Shown here in pieces: positions 1-9,400 of a stretch of DNA of 37,530 nt. The notes beneath the pieces were generated by a model that did not search any database, was not told where the DNA came from, and saw only the letters and a program-made list of their open reading frames with translations. The stretch is from a virus (Duplodnaviria > Heunggongvirae > Uroviricota > Caudoviricetes > Crassvirales): the IMG/VR virus record IMGVR_UViG_3300042473_001002. One strand, written 5' to 3'. Both the position numbers and the translations under genes were made by a program. Numbering within the stretch: the first letter of the stretch is position 1; each line of letters begins with the position of its first letter.

Positions 1-651
1 AGGTGTTTTCTTTTTATTTAAAAATGAATTCACTATTTCCTCTCTTATCAAATCTATATAATGAGGTTGTAAAGGATAATCTGATTCCATTTCATCAAAA
101 CAAGGTTTAGGTGTATCACATCCACAACAATTAGAATAATTTGAAAGTTCTAAAGGATCTTCAAATACTCCTGTAACTGTAATACAGTCTAATAACTTAA
201 CTGTTTCTGATTCACTTATTACGTAAATATAACCGTCATTATCTAAAAATGAATAAATAGATTTATTAAAATTAGAATATTTACTAAATGTAGCTTGAGT
301 TTTAGTTCCAAAATTAAATGGTACACTTAATCTTATAACAGGTTTAACAGATGTTAACATTGGTTTTAAATGAGTTTCTAAAGGTTTTGGCACTTTATCA
401 ACTGTTCTCATAATAGTATTACAATCTGTATCTAAATTACATTCATTAGCTGAAACTTCTTCAAGTTTTAAACATAATGTTTGTAATATAGAATTATCTA
501 CAGAAATTTGCATATTATTTAATTGTTGTCTAAGATACTTAGCTCTTTTAATACCATAAAGATATATAATATATCTGTCGTCAATTTCTGAATCTGAAGT
601 ATATTCATTCAGTTGTTCTCGTACATCGTACAAAATTTTATTTAATTGCAT
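1..651 (-). CDS. crAss-like tail ring/neck protein, partial (runs off the window)
   Basis: Not in the ORF track. ATG at 651 opens a frame to position 1: MQLNKILYDVREQLNEYTSDSEIDDRYIIYL...GVFEDP...YPLQPHYIDLIREEI. The motif pattern resembles crAss ring proteins as I recall them. Confidence 0.6.
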   Translation of the reverse strand, partial: MQLNKILYDVREQLNEYTSDSEIDDRYIIYLYGIKRAKYLRQQLNNMQISVDNSILQTLCLKLEEVSANECNLDTDCNTIMRTVDKVPKPLETHLKPMLTSVKPVIRLSVPFNFGTKTQATFSKYSNFNKSIYSFLDNDGYIYVISESETVKLLDCITVTGVFEDPLELSNYSNCCGCDTPKPCFDEMESDYPLQPHYIDLIREEIVNSFLNKKKTP

Positions 652-662
652 ATTTTTTATAT

Positions 663-700
663 AAAAAAAGGTCTCAACTACATATTGAGTGAGACCTTTT
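663..700 (-). terminator. Intrinsic terminator (possibly bidirectional)
   Basis: AAAGGTCTCA...TGAGACCTTT stem flanked by A and T runs, just downstream of the exonuclease gene. Confidence 0.75.
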
Positions 701-704
701 GAGT

Positions 705-1640
705 TTATTTATTAATTTCTAAATATTTTAAATAGTTTGTATTTGACATTTCAAACATTCTATCTGTATCTTGATCTAACATTATATGTTTTATAGTTCC
801 AGAGTTTGTTGTGATAGTTTTAATTTGTTTAATATTAACTGTCCCTGAAATAGGTGAAGTTTGCTTAGTTTTACCATTTAAAACTCCAACATGAATTTTA
901 GGATTATCTAAATATTTAAGTTCATTATATACTTTTTCAAGTTGTCTAACATCTTCATCACAATAATCTAACATATCTTTCATTGCAGATCTATCATTTA
1001 ACATAACTACTTTATTCCATAAATCAGGAGTAGTTTGTATTTTACCTTCAAAACCTAAAAATTTAGATATATAATCCAATCTATTTGAATTTAAATACAA
1101 TTTAGATTTAGCAACTTTTAAAGTATCAAATTGTTTATAATTAGGTAATGTTGGAATTCTATGAAACAAAGCTCTAGTTTTAAACCACTTAATATCAAAT
1201 CTATCACCATTGTGTGCTACAATTAGATCAGCTTCATTTAACACTTCTGCAAATTGTTCAATTAAAAATTTATCATTTTGATTTTTATCCCATGATAGAT
1301 TATATACTTGATCTTCTCCTAACCATTTATAACTTACGCAAATTATAGCTCTTTCTTTTATTATTTGATTTGGTTGAATATTTTGTTTATAACCAGCTCT
1401 CCAAAACCATCCAATATTAGGACTAGTTTCCAAATCATAAATTAAAACTTTACCTTCAGTATTAAGTTTAACAAATTCTTTATCTTTTAGTTCTAAATTA
1501 ACTTCTCTTATTGCATCTTTACAATCTTGAATAGTTGTAATAAACCCTTTATTTAATAACACATTTCTAAGTCTTTTACCACCTTCTTTAAGATAACCAG
1601 ATTTATTTTTTAAGAATTCTTTAATTTCTAATTTATTCAT
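705..1640 (-). CDS. DEDD 3'-5' exonuclease, RNase H-like (RNase_H_2/YprB-like)
   Basis: ExoI LIYDLETSP, ExoII AHNGDRFDI, FDTLK, ExoIII YCDEDV. Confidence 0.85.
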   Translation of the reverse strand: MNKLEIKEFLKNKSGYLKEGGKRLRNVLLNKGFITTIQDCKDAIREVNLELKDKEFVKLNTEGKVLIYDLETSPNIGWFWRAGYKQNIQPNQIIKERAIICVSYKWLGEDQVYNLSWDKNQNDKFLIEQFAEVLNEADLIVAHNGDRFDIKWFKTRALFHRIPTLPNYKQFDTLKVAKSKLYLNSNRLDYISKFLGFEGKIQTTPDLWNKVVMLNDRSAMKDMLDYCDEDVRQLEKVYNELKYLDNPKIHVGVLNGKTKQTSPISGTVNIKQIKTITTNSGTIKHIMLDQDTDRMFEMSNTNYLKYLEINK

Positions 1641-1667
1641 ATTATTGTTTTAATTAATATATAACTA

Positions 1668-1699
1668 CAAAGATAATAAAAATAAATGACAATTCCAAA
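1668..1699 (-). promoter_or_regulatory. Bacteroidota sigma70-type promoter
   Basis: Minus strand TTTG-N20-TATCTTTG matches the TTTG(-33)/TAnnTTTG(-7) consensus. Confidence 0.8.
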
Positions 1700-1730
1700 T
1701 AAAAAGCCATTTATTTTATAATTATTTTTA

Positions 1731-2342
1731 TTATTTACTTAAATTAATTAAATATCCAACTTGAATTGATTTATCAAATATTCCATAAGATCCTAATATC
1801 AAGTCTCCATTTTTTCTTTGGATACCAATTTTTGGACTAAAATTAAATTTAGTTAAATCAACTGTATTAGAAACTTCTCCACCTATTAAAAATTTCATAC
1901 TAAGTTTAGGTACTTCAAATTTAACATCAGTTTTAAATTCTTTTACAGTCCAATCGTATTGTATATTTTTAAGAGTTCCTTCTACTTCAATGTTACCAGT
2001 TATCTTAATAGTATCATTTTCAAAAGGAACAGTATATTTTCTTATTTGAATTGAATTAAGATATTCAATAAGTCTATCTTTTTCATTTTCTAATTTTAAA
2101 TATCTATCTGCTAATTCTTTATTATAAGGATTTTCTGTGTAGATTAAACTATCTTGATATATCAAACTATCCTTAGTAGTTACAATTGGTTTAGGGTTAA
2201 TTATAACAGGTGAACTTCCTGTTTTTTCTGGAATCGTTACTGTTACAGTTTTAACTTCTTTTGGTGATGTCCATCTACCTATAAAAAATGCTAAAATTAA
2301 TATTAATGTTCCTATTGAAATGGTTTTTAAATTTACATTCAT
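1731..2342 (-). CDS. Membrane-anchored spanin-like lysis protein
   Basis: N-terminal TM segment, periplasmic coiled stretch and beta-rich C-terminus; lies immediately after the endolysin. Confidence 0.5.
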   Translation of the reverse strand: MNVNLKTISIGTLILILAFFIGRWTSPKEVKTVTVTIPEKTGSSPVIINPKPIVTTKDSLIYQDSLIYTENPYNKELADRYLKLENEKDRLIEYLNSIQIRKYTVPFENDTIKITGNIEVEGTLKNIQYDWTVKEFKTDVKFEVPKLSMKFLIGGEVSNTVDLTKFNFSPKIGIQRKNGDLILGSYGIFDKSIQVGYLINLSK

Positions 2343-2851
2343 ATGTTAATATATTTTATGTTATTTTCTATTTTATAATCATTTGAATCAATTTTAGCTT
2401 TCATTTTTTGCCAAGACAATCCAAAATCTTTTTGAAAATGAGGAAAATCCCATTTTTTACCATTAGTTATAAATCCATTCTTATATCCTTTAGATTCAAA
2501 ATATTTAGTAACTTCTAACCAATCAGCAATTCCATCTTTGTCATGATCTCTTTTCATATTCCAAGAAGCCTCTTCAAATGTTCCATTGTTATCATTATCA
2601 TAAAGTAATACAATATCAAAAGCTAATCCATATTGATGAATACTTTGCCAAGCTTTTGCATTTGTAACTTTAGGTTTTTGATTAAATAGTTTATTCTGTT
2701 CTTCTGGAGATCTATAAGTATATGCAAATCTAAGTCTTACTCCTTTACCTAATAATTTAGTATTTACATAAGTGTACATTTCTAAAACTTCTTGTCTTAT
2801 TTTTGGATGTAAAGTTTTAATTCTTTCTAATGTGATTGAATCTAATGCCAT
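2339..2851 (-). CDS. Endolysin, peptidase M15 family (L-Ala-D-Glu peptidase-like)
   Basis: YRSPEEQNKLF, QSIHQYGLAFD (SxH...D) and WDFPHFQ zinc-peptidase motifs. Confidence 0.9.
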   Translation of the reverse strand: MALDSITLERIKTLHPKIRQEVLEMYTYVNTKLLGKGVRLRFAYTYRSPEEQNKLFNQKPKVTNAKAWQSIHQYGLAFDIVLLYDNDNNGTFEEASWNMKRDHDKDGIADWLEVTKYFESKGYKNGFITNGKKWDFPHFQKDFGLSWQKMKAKIDSNDYKIENNIKYINI

Positions 2852-2857
2852 AATTTA

Positions 2858-3064
2858 TTATTTTTTATATTTATAATAAGGATCGTTTAATATTTTATTT
2901 ACCTCAATAATACTTTGTTCCGTTCTGTCTAAGCTTTTTTTAATTTCTTTTTTTTCTTCTTCTTCATTAAGTTTTGTTATATTGTCATAACTTGAAAATA
3001 AAAGAAATACACCTATTAACATTAAAAATGATAGTATTTCTATTTTAATAATTGTTTTTATCAT
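2858..3064 (-). CDS. Small single-TM protein in the lysis cassette
   Basis: N-terminal hydrophobic helix; tightly coupled to its neighbours. Confidence 0.55.
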   Translation of the reverse strand: MIKTIIKIEILSFLMLIGVFLLFSSYDNITKLNEEEEKKEIKKSLDRTEQSIIEVNKILNDPYYKYKK

Positions 3065-3432
3065 TGTCCTAATTTTTTACGAATTCTATTAATTTCTTTT
3101 TCTAATTTATCAGCTTGAAGTCTTAAATCTTTATTAGAAGTAGCTTGTAAATTATCAAATTTTGTAGACCATTCTAAATCTTTTGCTTTTTCAGCTTCTC
3201 TTATTAATTTTAAACAATCTTTACTATCTGTTAAATTTAAAGCTTTTTGAACATCTAGTTCTGTTTTAGCTTTAATTTCTCTATTTTCAGCATTAATCAT
3301 TCTAGAATAACAAAAAAAACAAGCTGCTGCTAAAATTATATTTAAAATTAAAGATAAAACCCAAGATCTATTATGTGGCTCTGTATCTAATACTTTTACA
3401 ACTACTTCTTTAGCATCTTCACTATTTATCAT
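3061..3432 (-). CDS. TM plus coiled-coil protein (holin- or spanin-like)
   Basis: WVLSLILNIILAAACFFC TM helix followed by coiled coil; upstream of the endolysin. Confidence 0.5.
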   Translation of the reverse strand: MINSEDAKEVVVKVLDTEPHNRSWVLSLILNIILAAACFFCYSRMINAENREIKAKTELDVQKALNLTDSKDCLKLIREAEKAKDLEWSTKFDNLQATSNKDLRLQADKLEKEINRIRKKLGQ

Positions 3433-3531
3433 TTTTAAATAATTTTAATTTAATGTTTATTTTAAGTTCATTTTTTACCGTTATATATTATTAATTTCCC
3501 TAGCGTTGTGTCAAATAGTGTTTTCCTGCTA

Positions 3532-3831
3532 TTAAAGTATGTTTTTAATTGTGAAAATAATAAAAGGAATTGCAAAGGTCGCAATTGCATCAAAGAAATT
3601 TCCCGTGCCTTTTTTTCTAAACTCGGATAAAAACTCGACAAAAAAAGCGATAATAACCACGCTTGCAAAAGCAATATCTTCGGGAATAAAAAAAGATAAT
3701 CCTAAGTAAATAACAGTTCCGAAAAAAGCGTGTAAAATGTATTCGGCATATTTCAAGTCCTTAAACCATTCGGGCATTAAATTGAAAATAGTTATCTTAA
3801 AATCGTTGATTTGTTCTAGTGTTTCTTTCAT
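3532..3831 (-). CDS. Small multi-TM membrane protein, possible holin
   Basis: Three hydrophobic segments in 99 aa with a basic loop (RKKG). Confidence 0.5.
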   Translation of the reverse strand: MKETLEQINDFKITIFNLMPEWFKDLKYAEYILHAFFGTVIYLGLSFFIPEDIAFASVVIIAFFVEFLSEFRKKGTGNFFDAIATFAIPFIIFTIKNIL

Positions 3832-3905
3832 TGTGGTTTGTTTAGTGGCATTTTGCCAATGGATATTAAGTATTAAAATAACCCTCTAATTAAAGAGGGT
3901 ATTTG

Positions 3906-4361
3906 TTAGATTTCTGAAATTTCGAAGTAAGAACCCTTTAAAACACTTTCGCTTCCAAAAACATTTTCGAATCCAATTGCAGGGATTAAAAATGAAATTC
4001 CATCACTTTTAAAAGTTCCTTCGATTAAAACACGTCCTTTTAAATCGTCATTTGACGATGTGTAGTTTAACAATGTTCTTTCAAATGATTCTCCGTTTGT
4101 CATTTGAGAATTACGCCCACTTGTTTCGCCTCCTAAGTTACTAATAGCAACATATTGGATGTTTGAAATTTTGTCTAAATCTCCAAGCATTCCGAAATAC
4201 AAATTACCTTCTGACGGGTGTAAATCTTTTAAACAAATAATTGCTTTAAATTTATAAAGCTTGCAAACTCCTGTTTTAAATCCGTTTTCTGGACTAAAAA
4301 TAGGCTGTAAATTCGGTGTGTCTTGAAGAAGTTTTTCTTCGTTTTGATAAATAAAATCCAT
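3906..4361 (-). CDS. Stand-alone paralog of the tail-fibre C-terminal domain
   Basis: Aligns by eye to the C-terminus of 4380..6044 (YxFK, F.MLGD, IEGTF, LIPAI, V.xG). Confidence 0.7.
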   Translation of the reverse strand: MDFIYQNEEKLLQDTPNLQPIFSPENGFKTGVCKLYKFKAIICLKDLHPSEGNLYFGMLGDLDKISNIQYVAISNLGGETSGRNSQMTNGESFERTLLNYTSSNDDLKGRVLIEGTFKSDGISFLIPAIGFENVFGSESVLKGSYFEISEI

Positions 4362-4379
4362 TTTATAAATAATTTAAAA

Positions 4380-6044
4380 TTACACGATTGTTGAACTTGT
4401 TACGATTGGAATAACAGTAAAAGAAGTTCCTCTTGATACTGTATCAATTCCTGACATTTGTTCTATATTAATTGCAGGAATGAGGTATCCATTATCAGTT
4501 GCTGTGAAAGTTCCTTCAATTACTGCACTTGCTTTCCCTGTGTTGTTGATAGTGTTGTTTATCAATAAGTCTGAAAAAGAAGTTCCTACACGTGCGTCGA
4601 CTAAACCTTGATAGTCTGGTTCGCCTATATCATTGTCAAAAACACTTAACGATTGATATCTTACATTTGATGTGTTTGCAACGTCCCCCAACATTGCAAA
4701 AGATAATTGAGTGGTATTAAGTAAGCCTTCTAAAAAAAGCAATAATTTAAACTCATAAGTAATTCCGCTTGTTATTGGGAAGCTTCCATTACCTGAGCTA
4801 CCAACATTAAATATTTTTTGTGTTGTGCCACCAGAATCGACTAAAGAATAATTTGTGTTTTGCAACATTACTGTTTTTAGCAAATCGCTTTTCTTGGCAT
4901 ATTCAACACTACTCCAGTCCGTCCCATCATAAAATCTGTAAACCAAAGCACCAGCTGTATAACCTACTCCGCCTATTGTGGTTGTTCCGCCAATAACGTG
5001 AACTATGTAGCCTTTGTTTGCTTCAGGCGTTGGGTCGGTAACGGTTAACGTTCCATTTGTGGAATAAGCTACTAAATTAACCGCTGTGAAATCTGATGTT
5101 TGGATGTTGGCGAATGGTAGATCTGATAGATAAGCCAAAGGATTCCAAATAATTCCATTGTGTACGTTTGGCCTTGCGTTTTCATCAAAAGCAAAAAAAC
5201 CTTTTACAGCATTTGTAATATTACTTAATGCCCTTGAAACAATTTTAAAACCTCCGTTTTTATAACTCGCAAACGAAGTCAATCTAAATCCATCTTGACC
5301 AATTCCTATACTAAATGCTAAATCGTTAGCCTCGTAATTTATTTGGCTTATTGGAGATATATTTTCGTTATAAGTTCCAACCGCAGTTTCAGAAAAACTA
5401 TTTGAAAAAACACCAAAACCGCTTGCATTTGAGTAATTTCCTATAGCTGCTCCTGCGCTGCTTGACGTTGAAAAATCCCCTACAGAAACCCCATTTCCAG
5501 ATGAAAAACTATTTTCTCCACTAGCGGCGCCGTCCACGCTAAGGTTTACACTAAAATTACCTTCATCAGTATAAGAAACGTCTTTTCTATGTATTGCACC
5601 ATTTTCCTCTTGCGTAAAAACAATTTCAGTATTTTCCGCAATAACATTAACACTCCAATATTCTACTCCTCCAACTACTTCAATTAATTTTAAAATAGCT
5701 AGTCCGTTTTTTGGGATTAAAGGAGAGCCGATAAATTCAATGTCTGTATCGAATATAACCTCTCTCGGTGTAGGCGAAGCGTTTTTAATCCAAAATTCCG
5801 TGTTAGCTGTAAATCCTAAACTTAAAACGGGGTCAAACTCCGTTGTGATTGTTAGAAATTTATCATCGTCGGATTGTAAAATTGTGTACGGGTCGGTATC
5901 TGTTATAATTTTAACTTCCCTTTTTTGGAATCCAATTATAGGATTAATAGGATCAGTATTATCAACATCTTGACCACTTACCGATTGAACGCCACTTATT
6001 CCTCCTGATGAATTTGTTCCAAGCTGTATTTTTATTTTAGCCAT
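4380..6044 (-). CDS. Tail fibre / receptor-binding protein
   Basis: Gly/Ser/Ala-rich repeats resembling YadA-head repeats (SFSSGNG, AIGNYSNASG, SETAVGTYN); modular; within the fibre cluster. Confidence 0.7.
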   Translation of the reverse strand: MAKIKIQLGTNSSGGISGVQSVSGQDVDNTDPINPIIGFQKREVKIITDTDPYTILQSDDDKFLTITTEFDPVLSLGFTANTEFWIKNASPTPREVIFDTDIEFIGSPLIPKNGLAILKLIEVVGGVEYWSVNVIAENTEIVFTQEENGAIHRKDVSYTDEGNFSVNLSVDGAASGENSFSSGNGVSVGDFSTSSSAGAAIGNYSNASGFGVFSNSFSETAVGTYNENISPISQINYEANDLAFSIGIGQDGFRLTSFASYKNGGFKIVSRALSNITNAVKGFFAFDENARPNVHNGIIWNPLAYLSDLPFANIQTSDFTAVNLVAYSTNGTLTVTDPTPEANKGYIVHVIGGTTTIGGVGYTAGALVYRFYDGTDWSSVEYAKKSDLLKTVMLQNTNYSLVDSGGTTQKIFNVGSSGNGSFPITSGITYEFKLLLFLEGLLNTTQLSFAMLGDVANTSNVRYQSLSVFDNDIGEPDYQGLVDARVGTSFSDLLINNTINNTGKASAVIEGTFTATDNGYLIPAINIEQMSGIDTVSRGTSFTVIPIVTSSTIV

Positions 6045-6436
6045 TATATATCTTCTTTAATTAATTCTACTAAAACATTACTTCCATTAGTAACTGTAAA
6101 TGTAAAATCTTGAGCGTTTAAAGCTGTGAATTCTAAATTATAAGAAGATCCAGCTGGAATAGTTACATTATCTTTAATTATAAAGCCTGCAACTACAACA
6201 ATTGATATCGCATGAAAAGTGTTTACATCGTAAGTAATTTCTTCATTTCCTTCTTCAGGAGTATAATTAAAAGTTTCTAATGTATTATAACTAGCTCCAC
6301 CATTAGCACAAGTACTTACAGTCATAACTAATTCAGTTAATTTTCTAAGATCTTCATTTTTTATTTTATTACAATCAGCAAATGCAGTTATTAATTCTGC
6401 ATAAACTTGATTGATTTCTTGACATTCTATTATCAT
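6044..6436 (-). CDS. Putative structural/tail protein
   Basis: 130 aa ORF coupled to the fibre genes; helical N-terminus, beta-rich C-terminus. Confidence 0.45.
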   Translation of the reverse strand: MIIECQEINQVYAELITAFADCNKIKNEDLRKLTELVMTVSTCANGGASYNTLETFNYTPEEGNEEITYDVNTFHAISIVVVAGFIIKDNVTIPAGSSYNLEFTALNAQDFTFTVTNGSNVLVELIKEDI

Positions 6437-6453
6437 TTTATTTGTTTATTTGT

Positions 6454-7554
6454 TTAATCGGTTGTTTTTGTATATTCTACAATTATTGTAAAATTAATTG
6501 GTAATGCTGTTAAACTTGCCCCTGAAGCAATTACTTCTCTGTTTAAAGAAGAAACTGTTAAAGTGTTTGGATAAGTAGTTCCACTCATAAAATATTCCTT
6601 TTCTAAACTTACTATTTTATTTAAAACAGAATCTATTCCTACAGTTATATAAGAAGGAAATATATTTATTGTTTCTCCTCCATTTGAGCTCCACGTTCCA
6701 CTATGTAAACAAATCTCTTCTAAATCAGCATTTATTAATATTGATTCACTTACAGTTGTTGTAGATCCAGTTATTACTTTTCTATATATTGGTTTATTAT
6801 TAATCCATTTTTTATTAGTAAGTGTTTCAGTTGTAGAATAAAGATCAGTTATTTCTAATAAATATAAAGGATCTTCTACAGTTCCACTTCCACCAATTGT
6901 TTCTCCATCGGCAATTACTCCATTAAATTTTATTACAGGATTTAAAGGATCTTCATTATCAACAATAACAACTATATTTCCATCATCTGTTACAGAATTT
7001 ATTCCTCCTGAAGGTCCAGTTTCTCCTTGTGGTCCTTCTGGACCTACTAAAGATAATAACCATTCTGAAACACTTCCTTCAAATCCATTTTCTAACGCTT
7101 GTTCATATGCTGACAATCCATTAATTCCATTTTCACCATTTATTCCAGGAATACCTTGTTCACCATCATCCCCTTTTATTCCTTGAATTCCTTGATTACC
7201 TTGAATTCCTTGAGGACCTTGTAGACCTTGTGGACCTATTTGTCCATCTACTACATAAGGAAAGAAATTAAAGCTTTTTAAGCTATAATCTATTCCAAAT
7301 GTTATAAGACCATTTGGATATACAAAATCTTCGCTTAAAAGTCCTGTATTTTCTTCTCCATCTAATACTTCTCTCCATTCCCATCTAGTTCCTTCTTCAA
7401 TACAATACACAACTAATCCTTTTACATATGTAAATGCTAAATTATTAGATATACCTAGATCAGATAAATTTGATTCAGATGGTGAATATTGTTTTACATC
7501 TAATGGTATTTGAGTTTGAACTCTTAACCCTCCTGTTAAATTCGAACTATCCAT
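6454..7554 (-). CDS. Collagen-like tail/head fibre protein
   Basis: Gly-X-Y run (GPQGLQGPQGIQGNQGIQGIKG...), SAYEQA..NGFEG...EWLLSL motif, YSTTET...KWINNKPIYRKV fibre domain. Confidence 0.85.
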   Translation of the reverse strand: MDSSNLTGGLRVQTQIPLDVKQYSPSESNLSDLGISNNLAFTYVKGLVVYCIEEGTRWEWREVLDGEENTGLLSEDFVYPNGLITFGIDYSLKSFNFFPYVVDGQIGPQGLQGPQGIQGNQGIQGIKGDDGEQGIPGINGENGINGLSAYEQALENGFEGSVSEWLLSLVGPEGPQGETGPSGGINSVTDDGNIVVIVDNEDPLNPVIKFNGVIADGETIGGSGTVEDPLYLLEITDLYSTTETLTNKKWINNKPIYRKVITGSTTTVSESILINADLEEICLHSGTWSSNGGETINIFPSYITVGIDSVLNKIVSLEKEYFMSGTTYPNTLTVSSLNREVIASGASLTALPINFTIIVEYTKTTD

Positions 7555-7559
7555 ATATC

Positions 7560-8027
7560 TTAATTATAAACTCTAATTTCTACATTTAAATCTACTATTG
7601 CGTTGTCTATTGGATTAAAATCAGAATTTGAATATAATCTTAATATTGTGTCATTAAATCTTTGTAAACTTACTCCGTAAAATTCTGTTGAAGGGCTTTT
7701 TCTTATAATAGTTCTATCTGGAGAAGTAAATGTTTTATTAACTGTAAAAACATTATCTCCCGATAAAGTTGCTAAATAATTACCTACTCCTAAATAACTC
7801 CAAATAATAGGTCCAATTGTATTTTCAAGAACCAATACTGTAGGAGCAGCTGTTCCTACTTGATTTAATACCGCTGTGTATATTTTATAAGGTCTTTTTT
7901 CTTGATCAACATAATCAATAACATTTTTTATTGAATTACCTACATTATTTCTTGTTACAGATTGAGGTAATGTTTTATTAATTATGTTAGTATCTATTTG
8001 TTCTTTTAATTCTGTATTTGTAGCCAT
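7560..8027 (-). CDS. Putative virion structural protein
   Basis: YKIYTAVLNQVGTAAP..LENTIG beta-rich domain in the fibre cluster. Confidence 0.5.
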   Translation of the reverse strand: MATNTELKEQIDTNIINKTLPQSVTRNNVGNSIKNVIDYVDQEKRPYKIYTAVLNQVGTAAPTVLVLENTIGPIIWSYLGVGNYLATLSGDNVFTVNKTFTSPDRTIIRKSPSTEFYGVSLQRFNDTILRLYSNSDFNPIDNAIVDLNVEIRVYN

Positions 8028-8029
8028 AG

Positions 8030-8755
8030 TTATTCAAATTGATTTTCAAATTGTGTTTCAAAAATTTTAAAATTTTCTTCTTGATCTCCAATTGTTACAT
8101 TGTTGTTTATTCTTTTTATTTTTATAAATATATTTCCAAAAGAATATATATTTTTAGATACAAATAAAGTATAATTATATTCTGGAATATTTACAATATC
8201 AAATTGATTTGTAATAATGTTTCCTAATATATCTTTAATTTCATAATTAATAGTATTTGAATTGTTATCAATAAAACAAATTCTACCTATATTATTGTAA
8301 GATATTGTTTTTCCTAATTCAAAACTTTTATAGGTATCAAAATCTTTATCTAATAAAAAACTAGGTTGAGTTAAAGAATATATATCTTGAATTGTTGTTA
8401 AATAATTTTCTTCTTGCCAATAATAAATATAATAATTATTATTGATTGGTATCTGACCACAATCAGTTGATTCTGATTGAGTAAATGTTTCTTTTATATT
8501 TGAATGTAAAGGTTTTAATATTTTATCTTTACAAATATTTTCAGATTTATGTGAAATTTTATTATATAAAGAAACTAAATCTTTTACATTTTTACTATTT
8601 ATTTCTAATCCACAATTATAAATTAGATTATATATTATGTCAATATAATAAATTTCTAAAGGTTTTAGTTCTCCATATATTTTAGATCTTTTATAATCTT
8701 TATTTAAAGAACTTATTATTGTAGATATATGTTTTTTTTCATTAATATATATCAT
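8030..8755 (-). CDS. Hypothetical protein (structural module)
   Basis: 241 aa ORF co-oriented and tightly spaced. Confidence 0.55.
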   Translation of the reverse strand: MIYINEKKHISTIISSLNKDYKRSKIYGELKPLEIYYIDIIYNLIYNCGLEINSKNVKDLVSLYNKISHKSENICKDKILKPLHSNIKETFTQSESTDCGQIPINNNYYIYYWQEENYLTTIQDIYSLTQPSFLLDKDFDTYKSFELGKTISYNNIGRICFIDNNSNTINYEIKDILGNIITNQFDIVNIPEYNYTLFVSKNIYSFGNIFIKIKRINNNVTIGDQEENFKIFETQFENQFE

Positions 8756-8756
8756 T

Positions 8757-9335
8757 TTATTGTTGTTTAAATTTACTACACTTTGAACAATTTACTTTTT
8801 CACAGTTAGTACAGTTTTTTAAATTACATAATTTTTTTAATTCTTCTAACATATCAATTGCTTCAGAATAATAACCCGTTTCAATTCCTTTTTCAATACT
8901 ATCAATTAATAAATTTATAGTTATTGCTGTTTTATTAATATAACTATTATTACAATCGTTACAATTTGAATTTTTATTTTCTAAAACATAATTTAGTAAA
9001 CAGTTATAATATGATAATAATGAATAAGTAATTCCTAATGCGGGTGTACCGCAAGTATTACATTCATCTTCTTCATTTTCATAATCGCTTTCTACTTCAA
9101 TAAAATATATATCTTTAAAACTATCAATTTGTATTTCTGAAGCATTAACAATAAATATTTCTTTATTATTAATTTGTTCTAATTTATAATTTAAACTAAT
9201 TGATTGTGATTCATCTTTAAATGTTTCATTATTCCAAAGTAAAATAGAAGTAATAGTTGAACCTATATTTGTTTCTACATTTATTGCTAACTTATCACCA
9301 TTCTCAATTATTTGAAAATCATTTATTTTTATCAT
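8757..9335 (-). CDS. crAss-like Cys-rich structural protein (tail hub-like)
   Basis: Cys clusters including a C-terminal CTNC..CSKC; syntenic position after the capsid genes. Confidence 0.5.
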   Translation of the reverse strand: MIKINDFQIIENGDKLAINVETNIGSTITSILLWNNETFKDESQSISLNYKLEQINNKEIFIVNASEIQIDSFKDIYFIEVESDYENEEDECNTCGTPALGITYSLLSYYNCLLNYVLENKNSNCNDCNNSYINKTAITINLLIDSIEKGIETGYYSEAIDMLEELKKLCNLKNCTNCEKVNCSKCSKFKQQ

Positions 9336-9347
9336 ATTATTTTAAAT

Positions 9348-9381
9348 AAAAAAGAGGAAGAAGCTTTCGCAACTCCCTCTT
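9348..9381 (-). terminator. Intrinsic terminator
   Basis: AAGAGG...CCTCTT stem with an A-run on + (U-tract on -), after the 335-aa gene. Confidence 0.6.
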
Positions 9382-9400
9382 AGGTTAATTTCTATTTTAA

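Noticed and set aside
3906-6044. DGR or invertase-driven tail-fibre switching
   Set aside because: The paralogy is only at protein level; no reverse transcriptase, near-identical TR/VR pair or invertase was seen in the window.
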